Position numbers and translations under genes: made by a program. The notes under the pieces are model-generated. The model did not search any database, was not told where the DNA came from, and saw nothing but the letters and a program-made list of their open reading frames with translations. Of a stretch of 64,000 bases of DNA, positions 47,450 through 60,400 are shown in pieces (position 1 is the stretch's first letter; each line of letters starts with the position of its first letter). The DNA is from Raillietiella orientalis (taxonomy: Eukaryota): positions 7,812,001-7,876,000 of the forward strand of contig JAYWIR010000001.1 in assembly GCA_036172245.1 (NCBI GenBank), written 5' to 3'.

Positions 47450-50060
47450 CGGCGCCTCGAAAATGGGAGCTACTCTATTTCAGATCTGCTTGAAGATTTG
47501 GAATATAGAGAACTTTCCATCCTGTGGAGAAATGAGGGAGAACGACGCTTTCGAAAGTCGAAGAGCTCTCATCCATTAGAGAACTCTTTCCCAAAGGGTT
47601 GGTTTGAAGATGCTTTCGGAATCGACTCCTTTTAAGACGGTCACTGCGATCCCGTCTTCGATGTTTCCGCAGTTGCGTTTTCCATAACTGCGAATAAGAA
47701 CGTGAGAAATCAATCCTAAGTAGGTTTTTCCCATCTCGTTAAGGAGTTCTGGAGAACCGGATTTGGAATGTCTCCTGGCTGGAACGTTCCTGCGAATTCT
47801 GTCAACTCGCTCTATCCCCCTCCTTTCCCTCGCGCTTTTGTTGGGTTGTCTCCAGAAGTGTCTCGGCAGCAGTGTCTTCAAGTGGCCGAGACGGACCAGC
47901 ATCCCGAAATTCATAGGGGCGATACAACCGCAACGGAAGCTCCGAATGCGTGACGTGAAAGGTAGGAAGGAGCACGTGAAGTGCCTCGTTGATGCGAAGG
48001 TCTAGGAAAAACAGTTGTCTGTGCATCAGTCGATGTAAAGCTGTTGGATGCTGAACAGAATATCCAGAAAGAAGCAGGTAACATGACATTCTCAACAGAC
48101 CTAGATGACTCATCCTAACATAACGTGCAAAGAAAGGAGAAGTATCGTTTTAAGGTTCAAACGAACCCCAAACAAGGGATCACAAGTGTGTGAGCAGGGA
48201 GCGTTGCCATGAAACATGAGATTTGGGTGGAGTGGTTTCCAGAGCTTCTGAGCAGAAACGAATACGAGAATGACTGTGTTGAATGGAGTATCATCGGTGG
48301 TAAATAACCGCAGCAGCGCAAGTGTCGAAGAGATCTCTAACATTAGCTTTCGTCATTCGTCGCCACTGTCATCCGTCTGATGTCACTGTTCTTTTTCAAG
48401 ATTGACGTCTATGAGCAAATCGTTGCAGAGTCGTGAGAACTTGAGAAAGTCCGTCGATGTGCAGGATGAATCTGCGGCGAATCGGCTCTCTAGCAGGAGC
48501 ACGCTGGTGCCTGCACAGAACAGGGAACGGGTGGCTGGTTCCTCTTCGAGACAAATCCGTGGGAACAGTTCATGTACCGCCTCCACCTCATAAGGAGAGA
48601 ACAAGAAAGAGAAGAGCAACGGTTTGGATCACTGCCTCTCGGAGCTCCGTGGCACGCAATGCGCGCTTCCGGCTTCCTGTTATGGAAAGTCTCGTAGCTG
48701 CCCAGGGCATAAATGAATTCCTCCTTATTGTATTTTCCCGATGTGGACGGGAACGAGAAAGAAGCTTCGAGGTTATTATCTCATCCGCGGGATTTGCTCC
48801 AAAATTGGGTTCCGTCTATGGATCCACGTGCTCCTCATTAACCATGCTCCATTAACAAGGATCACAAAAGGCTGTCGCACGTTCGGAAGATGCAGACGGT
48901 TCACAAATGAGGAAAACACTTTTATCCCACCAGGTGCTCCCTCACTCTTTTTATAAATTACGCAGCCATTTAAATCCGCCCCCTCCCTCCTTTCTAATTA
49001 TTAGCTTCTTTTATATTGACGCTGCAGTTCGTACGTTTTGCCGCTGCTGCCCTTTTATACTCCTCTGGTGTGTGATAACTCTGTAATGCGCGTTTTGTGT
49101 GGAAAAAAAAAAAATTTCAAGGGAAGGTGGGAGCTAGGAAGAAGTTTGGAAGGATCTCCATGGAAACGCCGTTCCGCACGACCAAAACATAGAAGTGATG
49201 ATGGCCTTCATCGGCGATTAATCATTGCAGAATTGGATTTCTGGATATTGGCAGGAGGTGGCTTGGAGCATACAGGCTGCATCCTGTCAGACCAGAAAAC
49301 GCTTAGATCTTCGTCCTCTTGTTTTTGCTCCGAACTCAGCATCAGATGTGTACAGAGTTGGATTTTTTAAGATCTCGGTGAAAGAAGAGAGACTAACACC
49401 GAAGGAGCCATCGGGAAGTCAGGACAGCTCTTTTCTTAACTTGCAGTTCCGAGGGGATTTCTTGAGTTCTGTGGTTTCGGATTCGGAATCAGATTCTGGA
49501 CTTCCCGATTGGAGTGTAGAGTGAGTGACCAGCGGTTGAACATTCTGGATGACGAAACTCTCAAGAACAGGGAGTGCATTGATCCGACAAAGAAAAAACT
49601 GACTACTTTCAGCTGAGAGTCTGACAGCAGCATCCTCTTTTCCGTTTGGCTTACTAACAGAGGTAACTTTGATGCGTCGATTCTTCCTTGCATCCTGGTT
49701 TAGTCTTGCGAAAGGACAATGACATGGTGATCCCGGATGTGACCTATCCGTTTGAAAATCGAGAGGATGCATTCAGGATAGCCCATGAGGAGACAGAAAC
49801 CAGATGTGCGAAAGTAGAACTCCAATTTTTATCCAGAGGAGTGCAAGTGAAGATTCATGCATTACTGACTGAATCTCTCGGGTCCTGGAATCCCCCGAAC
49901 GACTCGGGTCCTTCGAGAACTTGGTTTCCAGTGGCCGTATATAAATAAGACGGGACACTTGTTGGTTGTTGCTTCAGATAGCCGATACAATAACGACATT
50001 TATTGGACGTATCGGCTTGGACACCTTACAGATGGTGTTTCCATTCCCTGACCAGAAATG
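47450..50060 (+). mobile_element. Decayed NeSL/Utopia-like non-LTR retrotransposon with a restriction-like endonuclease
   Basis: 49688-49948 encodes HPGLVLRKDNDMVIPDVTYPFENREDAFRIAHEE..IHALLTESLGSWNPPND, matching the RLE pattern PD..DVxxPFEN..AF..K..GxLGSWxxxN. Upstream LFQICLKIWNIENFPS resembles the RT N-terminus. The 5' boundary is uncertain. Confidence 0.7.
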
Positions 50061-53000
50061 AAGGCAAACGCCACGGCCCAGTAGAAGCAGCAATTGCATA
50101 TTAGAGAAGGCGTATCGGCCGCGTTCGAATCGAGCACAAGCGCCTCCATTAATTCAGAAAGAAAGAAAAGAAAGTCTGAGAACCAGCCTTTAGAAAAGAG
50201 GAAAACATACTGGAATTCTTCGTTATTGCTAAAACAAGGAAGCTCAGCGCGTGCATCTCAGGGGACAAACAAACCCACAATTCCTTCTACAAAAGAAAGA
50301 TTCTCGATTTGCCTGCTAAGATGCTCGAAGGTATGGTAAGAAACCGATCGTTGCTACATACGTAGCAGGGTTAGAATCAGTAATGGAAGATCTATCATTT
50401 TCATAAGTTCCATATACTCCTATAAGCTCTCTTAGCTTGGACACTTGTAGCGCGTCTGCTTAACACATTCGAAAACTCGTTTTTGCTTTCAACCTTCGAA
50501 TACACTAAATCAACGGAGGCTCTCCTAAAAAATCTATCTTTGTATTTTTCAGGGGAAAGAATAGCACATAGTATCGTGGGCAAGCTTGGATGAGGAAAGC
50601 ATAACAGCAGGAAACTCTGCGACAGATGGAGTGAGAAATGCCGTTTCACAAGAAAAGAAACGCCCACAAACCAACTCTACATAGCGAATGTCGAAAGAAT
50701 CAACTCATGAGATATTCATTTCTCGGGGAAACCGAATTCAGTTTTTATTCGTTTCGTAACTGAGGAGTGAGATATAGAGAGGACTGCGACGGCCGCAGAG
50801 TCCACTGCTTTTCAGTGTAACGGAATGCAAAAGCATCTTAATGAAGATTTGTTGTCTGAACGCGGGTTCTGAAAATTAAGAAAAAAAAAATCGGCATGCC
50901 TTGGTAACCTTGGAGTATCATATCTCCTGTAGAGTACAGGCCACGTAGCTACTATGAAAACCAATTTGCAAAGTTCGGAGACCGTTGTCGTATATACCGA
51001 TTTCATGGGTTCGATTGCTGGGCATTCCACGCTCGAGTCGGATGTCTTCTATTTCCTGATAAAGTGTCTTGTGAAACGGGTCACTCGGGTACGGAATCTT
51101 ATGCACAAAGGTCATATGGTCAAACATGCTGGACGCCATTAGTTCGTACTAGTAGGAGCGCCCATCAAATGAAAGGTGAAAACAGAAGCGCTGATTTGTT
51201 CTTTTGGAAATTTCGAAACATAAAATAAACGTATGCCTCAAGTGATTAGAGAAACACAGGTCTGTCCTTATGATTTAAAGGGTTTTGTATACCAGTTTTG
51301 AGCTTCAGGAACGTACGATCGAATCTTGTGTTCCTGCATAATTTTTGAGGAGACCCTCATTCAGTCTCAATTCAATTGATAACTTCCCGTCATGACTTGA
51401 TTGCGTGACTGCTTATTTCACAAAGTGTGGAGCTCTTGTGGTGTATCTAGCATCATCTCTCCTATGCTACCTTCTAACTTCCATTAGCATCATTTTCAAA
51501 ATTGATTACGATCAGATATCTCAGAATAATAATGACCATGACAATGCTTGAATTAAATGCAAACACGAACTACGAGCCATTCTGACTTCATTTATTTCCT
51601 TCCTCCCACTCTCAGTATTTTGAAGATAAGCCCTACGTGAGCAAATCGAATTTTTGGCTGTATTCAATACCGAAGAACTGATTCAAATTGAGCAATCCAC
51701 GGCACTTTTCCCGAAATTACTGCGTGTGTATGCATACATACGTATACATATATAGGTAACTGGGATGCGGCCACCTAGTTTCAATCCAGTGCTGACGATA
51801 CTTAAACCATCTGGTTTGCTTGTTTCTTTTACTCATTAATATACATTTGACACTCCAGTTTTTGAAGGCATTCAAGCACATTTCGAAGTGTACATCATGG
51901 ATGCGGAATCGGGTGACTGAAGGGATTTGCACTCCCGAACTGTCCACTTGGACTCGGTATCCACGTATGGTATATCATGGCCTGCTTAATGAAATCACAC
52001 CGGAAGTCTCATCAAATAGTCCACTGATGTTAACGAAGCCAATGATTCAATCTGTACGTTCGCATGCAACAACAAAATCCAAACCAACTTACCTGATTTC
52101 ATCAGGAAAAAACTCCCTAAAATGTAACTAATGCTTAATGTACCCATCACTTCGTAAAATTCGAAAACAGCGATTCGTAATTTGCTACTGCTGGGATTAT
52201 TCACGTACAGAAATCCGACTCCGTTACACCCCCAAGTTTCGAACTGACATTCGCATATAGTCTTTAATGAAAGCTCCATGCAAACTAATCAGATTCATCT
52301 GATCTGATCACACATGGGTACATACAAAATGCTTTTGTATACGATATTCCCAAAGACATGTGAATTGAAATTATATTTTACAGCCTCATTTTTTAGTGTA
52401 TGGAAAGCTGTTACTGAGGTTTTTTTGCTCTCAACGACACAAGCTACTTCATATTAAGGTTTTATCTGAAGAGCTGTTATGCCACTACACAGTGAGCTGC
52501 AGTTTCCAGCGACGGTTCGTACAGTACACACAATAACGCAAATGATTTTCATGGAATTGTGAGGACAAAAGACGAAAAAAGCTCTGACGCTAGGAGCCAT
52601 TTTCCGTTTGCCATTGCTGGTTTTCTTATCAGATATTCTCATAAACAAAAGCCACTAAGCCAGTGGACTTGGGGGCTTTTCTTTTCCTTTGCTTATTTTC
52701 GTCTTCAAACCTCCATCAAACTGCATGCTTTTTGTTTTCAACTCTGTCTTTCATGCTGAACGAGGAGGATCCCTTAATCTTCTTCAATAAAATTACATTC
52801 GATCAAGTAATCTCAGAATCATGCTCGCAAAAGATAGAATGGTTTGTCTTGAACAGTAATATACTTACTAAGTTTATAATATTTGCAGAGATATTGTAAC
52901 TTTGACTTCTAATTGTATCGCTAACCCATCGTGAAAGAGAAACATCCCGTCGAAGCCGTTGTCCATCATCCCGTTTTCCCCAAAGTAATTGAATTCCCAG

Positions 53001-55640
53001 AGAAACAGCGCACAGAGGATTTTCTACTCCCTTGCTAGGCGGTGTTAGACGTTTTGTGGATTGCTATACGGTCCACGATCGAGATCCTTGATGATTGCTG
53101 TACGAATCATCTGCACGCAGCAAAAAGGAAAACACCACTGCGGTTGAAAAACAAGAAAAAAGAGTTTCCCTACTTGAAGAATCACTCAAAAGCCTTTAAT
53201 CTTTCCATGGAAAAAAAAAAAAAAAATACAACTCAACAAACTCAACACAATGCAAATTGGAAAAAAAAAGAAAAAAAAAAAGCAACGCAACACGTAGATG
53301 AGCGATAAATCCTTCAAAGGTTCTTAAAAGCTGGAAACTTTATTCCTTCTTTTACGGTGGTCGGCTCGTAGAACACCCAAACACGCATTTACGTTGCATG
53401 CAGAGGAATTTTCTTCCCCCCTGAGCTTCAGTGGAGCACAGCGCATACGAGGTACCAAGTGCTGCAAGGGCGAAAATGTAGCTTGGAAGAATAAGAATGA
53501 GACCTTATTCCCCCATGAAGAGCCAAAAACGAACAGCTAATGTTGCGACGTAAGTACCGAGGAAGCAGAAATCACTTTTCCATCAGCGAGATGGAAAAAC
53601 GCCTCAAGCTATTAAAACAGAAAAAAACTGAACACTGAGAAACTCAAAACCCATGGGGACAACAGGCTATCAAGAGAATCAATGGAGACGTATTGAGAGA
53701 AGAAACTGAGAAAGCCAAGTGCGAAAAGTGCCTTCAGGCAGTCTTTCGGTTCATGTCTTTTAATTTGCCTGGTCCACGGATTGAAAAATGGAATTACTAC
53801 GAAGAACACGTTGCAAAACGCGATAAAATTTCATGAAAACGATTGGCTTTACTTGTACGTGTTTGAGAATACTTCATTCTCCTCATGAAACTACCTTAAC
53901 GGAAAGTTTGCAGTATGAAGAGTGGTTACTTGCGAATTTCGAGACGAGGTCACTGACCTATTAGACGTCTACTCATCGTGTTTTCATTCATCCAACAGAC
54001 ATACGTTCATACTGAAATGAAGTGAAGACGTAGAACTCCATCCCCACAGATCATATTCGATTTATTCAAGGTGTGAATTCACTGTGAATTTTTTATTGTC
54101 ATCAGTCATGTATCTCACGAAACAAAGAAACTACCGTCTCAAACAACTTGGCGAAACCTTCAGGCATTCTCAAAATGCCAAAAAAAAATGAGAAATAAAT
54201 CCATTATTTTTTCCAAAGCTCCCATTTTTACCGCTGCGACAAAACTCCTGACAGAAAGAAGATGGAGTTTCATATATCAAGAACAGGGCCTCCTCTTATC
54301 ACCCGATATCCAACTTGGCAATGCCAGTGCAGCAGATCAGCAGGAGATACTTTTCGAAACCGTACGCTACAAGAAAAATCAAAGGGGACATACCAGAATA
54401 ACAAAGAACATCAGCTGGAAACACTACAAAGGAGGACATCGACCTAACACTAAGAGAAAAGAAAACTAAAATGCATAATCAAGTTCGCGGAATGAACTTG
54501 GATCAAAACGTAGATATCTCACAACATTCCTTTAGGAAGATGCCAGAGTCTGTGAAACGTTTTCTGGGGACAAGTTGCCACAATCTATTTCTACGTCATA
54601 TATATATATATCTACATATTTACCCAAAACGCTTAATACACATTTTCCCGCGGAATATTCACATTGGGAAGACAGTAGAGACTGTACACGAGGATATACT
54701 GAACACGAGGATCATTCTGTTTTTTTTTTTTTTTGTAAAATAGGAGTTAAGATGTTCTCAATGATTCTTAAGGAAACGGTCACTGTCATGCTTTCTATTT
54801 TATGTTTATGCTAGCAAACACGCTGGGAACTAAGGAACTGAAGTTGAGACGAGTACGTTTTCCACACACACATGCTTTTTAGTTGCCAAACATTCTCAGA
54901 TTTTCCTTTCCCCGATCCAGACATCCTTCTTGTTTTTGCTCTTCAGGGGTCGTCGAAACGGTTTGGACTATATTTCGTTTGAGTTTCCTCTACATACCGT
55001 GGTTCTTCAGCTCTCTACTGGGAACTTTTGGTGCAGCGTTTTCAATCCTCAGACCACACTGCCCTTTTCACATGAAAGAATATTCCACTCAGGGGATGTT
55101 TTTCTTCAAGCCAACTAACGTGTCTTATGTGTGCCCAAACATAACAACTTGAAACAAATGCAGAGCAATGCTACCGGCTAAAATTGCAGTTTTTATTTCA
55201 CTACGGACCTGAATCCATTACACAATGGTGCAAGTTTAAACAACGAATCAAAAGACATTAACTCAAAAACTAAATTGCAGAAATCGTTTTAACGTATTCA
55301 CACCAATCTAATTAAGGGTCCACGTGATAAAGGCAACATGTATGCATCAGTTACCCTATTTCTGTTACCATATAGGATAACTGAGCTTGGAAACCTGCAA
55401 CACTGAAGGCATAAGAAATCATCCGCAACACGCTGCCAGGCAACAGCAGTAACACATCTATGGACACAATATCTCACTGGATGTAAATACATATATTACG
55501 ATTCAAACAGAATAATGATTAAAAATAAACTTGTCGCATGCAGGCGATTACTAATCATCTAGAAAAATCGCTTTGGTAGGCTTGCAAACAAAACTGAATA
55601 TCTTCAATACAAAGCATGAATTCAATTAGATTTGTTTGTA

Positions 55641-56555
55641 TTATTCAGAACAGTCAGGCAAAAAGGTGCTTCTTTCTTGTTCACCAAGAACAAACCAATT
55701 TGGAGAAGGATGTGCAGTGGATGGCCAATCAAAATCTTTAATAGACAAGTAATTATTTTGTGTGCTGTCCAATCCAGCCATGGCTAAATCCTCTTGCTGA
55801 CTGCTATATGTCCATGAATATGGGGCCACACGGATGGCAGTGCAATTTTCCAATATCATTGAGCTACTCACTAATACATATACATCACAGTGATCACTGT
55901 TGTGCACCCTTATTTGCTGTCCTGCTAAGGCCATTGTGCATTCATGAGAATCTTCTACCAATACAGAGGATGCAACAGGGCCAGCAAGCACAGTGCAATT
56001 GCAGATTTTCACCAAATGAAGTGCACTCATTAGAGCAGGGAGAAAAATTTTGCAATTAGAGAGATCTCTCAAAGTGACTTGTTTTTTGTGCAATTCTTGC
56101 TTTGAGATAGTTATATTTTGACCTTCCCTTTGACTAACTTCAAATTCCAGTGAAGTACTGAGATTTACCGAGTCTACAGTATCATTAGCATGTTGAGTAA
56201 CAACTGAGTTAGAAGAAAGAGCAAAATTACTTCTCTGACCAAAAAACAGTTTTTTTTTGGGTAATAAAGCACTTTGCTGTGACTGAAATGCAACTTTTAA
56301 TTGATTCAATTCTTGCTGATATTTTTTGGCATTATAAGCAGGTAAAGATGGCAACCAACTTTGCAATATTTCCTGACATGCCTCAAAATGCTCATTAATT
56401 GCTGCAAAATGCTGACAGAGAGCATTCCTGTTTACATTTTCGGATTCCTGCATTAAAACAATCAATTGGGTCTTCTTCTCAGAAAATAATTCATAAAATG
56501 AATCTCTTTTATTGAACACAGGGTTGTTTTCAGAAACTGGTGGTAAGTGATCCAT
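55641..56555 (-). CDS. TBCC: Tubulin-specific chaperone C (cofactor C), uninterrupted ORF of 304 aa
   Basis: N-terminal helical bundle (LPAYNAKKYQQEL..LLPKKKLFF). C-CAP/TBCC beta-helix (GPVASSVLVEDSHECTMALAGQQIRVHNS..ILENCTAIRVAPY..DFDW..HPSPNW). Confidence 0.95.
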   Translation of the reverse strand: MDHLPPVSENNPVFNKRDSFYELFSEKKTQLIVLMQESENVNRNALCQHFAAINEHFEACQEILQSWLPSLPAYNAKKYQQELNQLKVAFQSQQSALLPKKKLFFGQRSNFALSSNSVVTQHANDTVDSVNLSTSLEFEVSQREGQNITISKQELHKKQVTLRDLSNCKIFLPALMSALHLVKICNCTVLAGPVASSVLVEDSHECTMALAGQQIRVHNSDHCDVYVLVSSSMILENCTAIRVAPYSWTYSSQQEDLAMAGLDSTQNNYLSIKDFDWPSTAHPSPNWFVLGEQERSTFLPDCSE

Positions 56556-56799
56556 GCTTCTGTGCCTATCTTGATAATTTTTCTTTTAAAACAGCATGCA
56601 ATTCACTATCTTTATTAGCCATTGTCAGTTCTTTTTTCACTTTTACCTGAAAATAAAACAATCTTAAGTTCCGTACTTGTTTTTAATTTAAAAAAACATC
56701 AGTAGAAAAGCTACAAACTCTGTAGTTTTTCACATCATTTGGTACTTGCATAAAAACCCAGGTAAGTACAGCTGTAATCATTATTGGTGCAGCCATTTG

Positions 56800-57420
56800 A
56801 CAAAGTATGAATCCCATACTGATGCTTCCCTATGATTGATGAATTGATGAATTTGTCTTATACACAGAATTCTATTATTTAGAGTCTCCCAAATAAGTGA
56901 ATTATACTGGTGCTTCACCTCAGATAAAACATCCAAGCATATAGGTCATTGGAAAATCCTTTTTTGTGCCTGTTCTTATCTGAGAAAGGAATTTCACATT
57001 TTAAAATACCAACAGTCAGTTCAATGGTGCAGAATTATGAGCTGCTGTCCAAGAAATTGGGGGGAACTTGATGAGATAATCCCCAATCATATAATATTAC
57101 TAATTAAAATACAACTTATTTACTAAACATTTGTGACGATGGTCTCATTCATGATCTCATTTACATTTTTTTTGCCTGATGGTATAATCACAAATACAAT
57201 ATATCCCATAGTAGAAATCATTTTTCGGGGGCTACTTCCAAATTTTCAAGATTAAACCTAGAGATCATAAGCATTTGTGCTTGGCACAAAACCCATCATG
57301 AAATACTATGCAAAATCGGAATGCCGATGTCATATAAGACCTGTGAATTTTTATGACATCTGCTTCCAGAAACCGGGGGACGGTTAATATCCACTCATAC
57401 AAGGGTAATCTCAACTAATG
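56800..57420 (-). mobile_element. Decayed piggyBac-like transposase relic in the probable TBCC 5'UTR intron (56647-57471)
   Basis: Minus-strand fragments SVD..GSRC, WVLCQA..NLEV and TVGILKCEIP follow the piggyBac DDD motif order. Many stops. Flanked by a GTAAAA donor at 57471 and a TTTTCAG acceptor at 56647. Confidence 0.35.
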
Positions 57421-60400
57421 TCAAATACAAAATACAGGCACTCGTAATTTCAAAAAGGCGTACTATTTTACCTGCCGTTTACTAGAGCAAGAGGAATTGT
57501 GCTTCGCACACGAGTATCAGGTTGTTCTTGCTTTGTAATAGAAGCAATTAATTTAACCACAATTAGTTTTACGAACAAGATTCTTGGCTCGTGATATTTG
57601 AAGTTCCAATGGGTGTGACTGAACCAAAAACGATGTAATTTGTTCACTGGAATAATAACAATCATCAATTTTTTTTTTTTTTTTTTGATGAGCAGACGAT
57701 GTGTGGCAACTCTACGCTGAACGAACCACCGTAATCCACGCAGTGGATTTGGAAACCTCCCGTTGTTAAATTGCATTGCTTTGGTGCTCTTTTATCGTTC
57801 AAGCACGCAGTACGTCCACAGTCTCAAAGAAAAAGGGATGTGAATAATTTCACCTGAGGTCATGTAGAGTAAAGCTTCACTCTAGCTGCATAACAGCTTA
57901 ATTGCAGCATTCTTCAAAAGGTACCCAAAATGAAAACAGTAATTTACTTGAGCCAGAAAGATGATTCATCTCAACGAAATCTTGCGTGGGATGAACGAGA
58001 AGTAGAGAGACGAAGGGAAATGAAATAGCAGTTGCATTCAGCTATACGCACATCGCCAATTAGCACAGGGAGAAAGTTCGACTGCAATTGAGAATTGCTA
58101 ATCTGGATAAACTGTAAAGTTGAATATTATGAATTGCTTGAATTTACGGATTACATTAAAGTACTGTGCACGGTATCCTGTCAACTGAGGCAGTACTGAT
58201 CCTAGATTAGAAAAAGCATTCATTTTTCTCAAAACAGTCTAAAACTCGTAAGATGGAAAAAACGATGACTTTGTAGCCATTGTCTATTAATTGAATACTC
58301 ACCTATCGGATACGAACAACTGTTCGCTTTTGATGGGGTTACTGAAGAATTACACATGGTGATTGTAGAACAGAACTGAATTCCTGTGTACAGAATCAGT
58401 GTGAAGGAAATACTTCCCAAGGGAAAGGTTAAAAACAGAAACCCAGTGTTTGGGGAGTCCGACTAACCGAAAATTTACAGGAAGGATTCTGTGCCACGTA
58501 ATCCTATTGCACTTTCACTCTAACTTGGTTGGAAGAATCAGCATTCCATCACTTCATAACAAAAATCATGCTAATGTCCATTAGGGGTGGTTTTTTGCGG
58601 AAAGAGTACCAGGACGGAAACCCATACTGCTGTGTAAGTTAAGAACTTGTACTACACTGAAACAGATCTGTGGTTTAGGCTGTGTGATTACGTACATTCC
58701 TTAATTTTCGTCTTTATGTTTTTCTGAACAGCTGGGATTGTCAGTAGTTTCGAGGCACTCAGTTCTGTGCTTGTTATTTTAAAATCTACTTCATCGTGTA
58801 ACAACAGAAAGGAAGTTTTGTGAAATTTGTTGATCTTGAAAAATTTGTACGCTTCCCTCAGATGAACACAACACACTTTTGTCTACAGTACTAAGCACTG
58901 AAAGTGATATTGGATTCTTGTAATGCTTGAAAGCTGGTCATACCGCCGGATTCATTTATTTTGACAAGAGTTGCTGTTGTTTTTCTGTCTCTTGGGTACT
59001 TGTTTGAAAATGAAATTCATGCTGATGTGGATGCAGCCCAGTTTACAAACAGATAACAAATGGCACGAATTTTCCCTTTCTGATGTAAAATAGTATTCTA
59101 TTATTCTATTCCTCTGTCTGAGTCTACTTGTAAATGTGGGAAGGACACTTAGAGTCGACTGTCAATACAATGTCATAAGTTTCTATTTTGTATTATTTTA
59201 AAGGGTAGTACTTGTATTTGTTTCTCGATCCACCCGCTTTAGAGTATGAATTGACAGTCGCAGAGCGCTGCTTTCCTATCTCATTGCTACTGCAATAAGA
59301 CCATGGATACAAAGACTGGGGTGATTCCCCTGCTTCACTCGAATGTGTTTATCGAAGCTTCGTACATGTTCCTTTCTGTTCTGCCTTCATCTGTTGCCGA
59401 GTACATCCTTCTGGTTGTACATGGTCCACATAGTATCAGGAGCGCGTAAAATTACTAGGCAAGAAGATATTGAAGCATTGCAACTCTTTCCAATACTCGT
59501 CAGAATTAAGAAAAGAATCATACAATGCTATCCTAGTCTGGTGTCCATCTCGTCACCTTTTCCTCCTTTCCTGCAAAGTGCTTCAAGCCACATCTTTGTT
59601 TCCGATCATGACAATGATGGCGTGTCAAAAAAGGAAAGATTATGAGCAAGCGATGGAAAACAATCCTCATTCTTTGCTGTAGCCATCTTAAGACGTTTTT
59701 GTATTCCTGCAGCCCGTTACCTACAAGGGTATCCGTTTCTGGCATCGGAAGCTGTGAGTTCGTGAGCACATTTTCCATGAGGTTGCATTTTGAAGACGCC
59801 TGGCATCAGTATGGTGCTTGCTGATCACAACCGATGCCTCTCACACAGTCTGAAGTGAGTCTTGGGGTAGTGAGTTTCTTCAACAATGGGAAGATCAGGA
59901 TCCTCAAGACCCCTGTCCTTTCTACCCGTGAGGACGTTTTCTTCCTAGCTCCGTCAACAGCCTCTGATTTTCCCAGGTACTTCTACGGATTGACAAAAGC
60001 CGCATCTTTCCTTCTAACTACTCCTCAAGGTGGATCAGGAAATGAATTCGATGACCACACTGCTCCTCCAAGGGCAGCTTCGGTTTGGACCTTAGGGAAA
60101 GGTTTCCCTCTCGAGCCAAACGTGCACCCTTCCTTGATACCTTGGAAGCTCTGTCTCCTTCGTGGCCAATTCACCAGGGCTTCTGATGACAGCTGATCCC
60201 TACGAAACGCCCTGCTAGCTTGGATAACGACACTAAGTAGCTGCCCACCCAGCAGGTGACCATGCATGCTCTAGGTCTTTCCGACGTTTCCCTCCGAGGA
60301 AACCCTCACTCCGAAGATACTCTCAGATATTCCGTAGACCTTGCAAGATCCTCCTGGTTGCCCCCTGCAAGGAAGATCGAATTCCGTAACAATGCATTTC

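Noticed and set aside
50918..51142. Possible Ty3/gypsy RT remnant
   Set aside because: Similarity too faint to support.
52454..52552. Hydrophobic MKIICVIVCTV as amnionless exon 1
   Set aside because: No good phase-1 splice donor.
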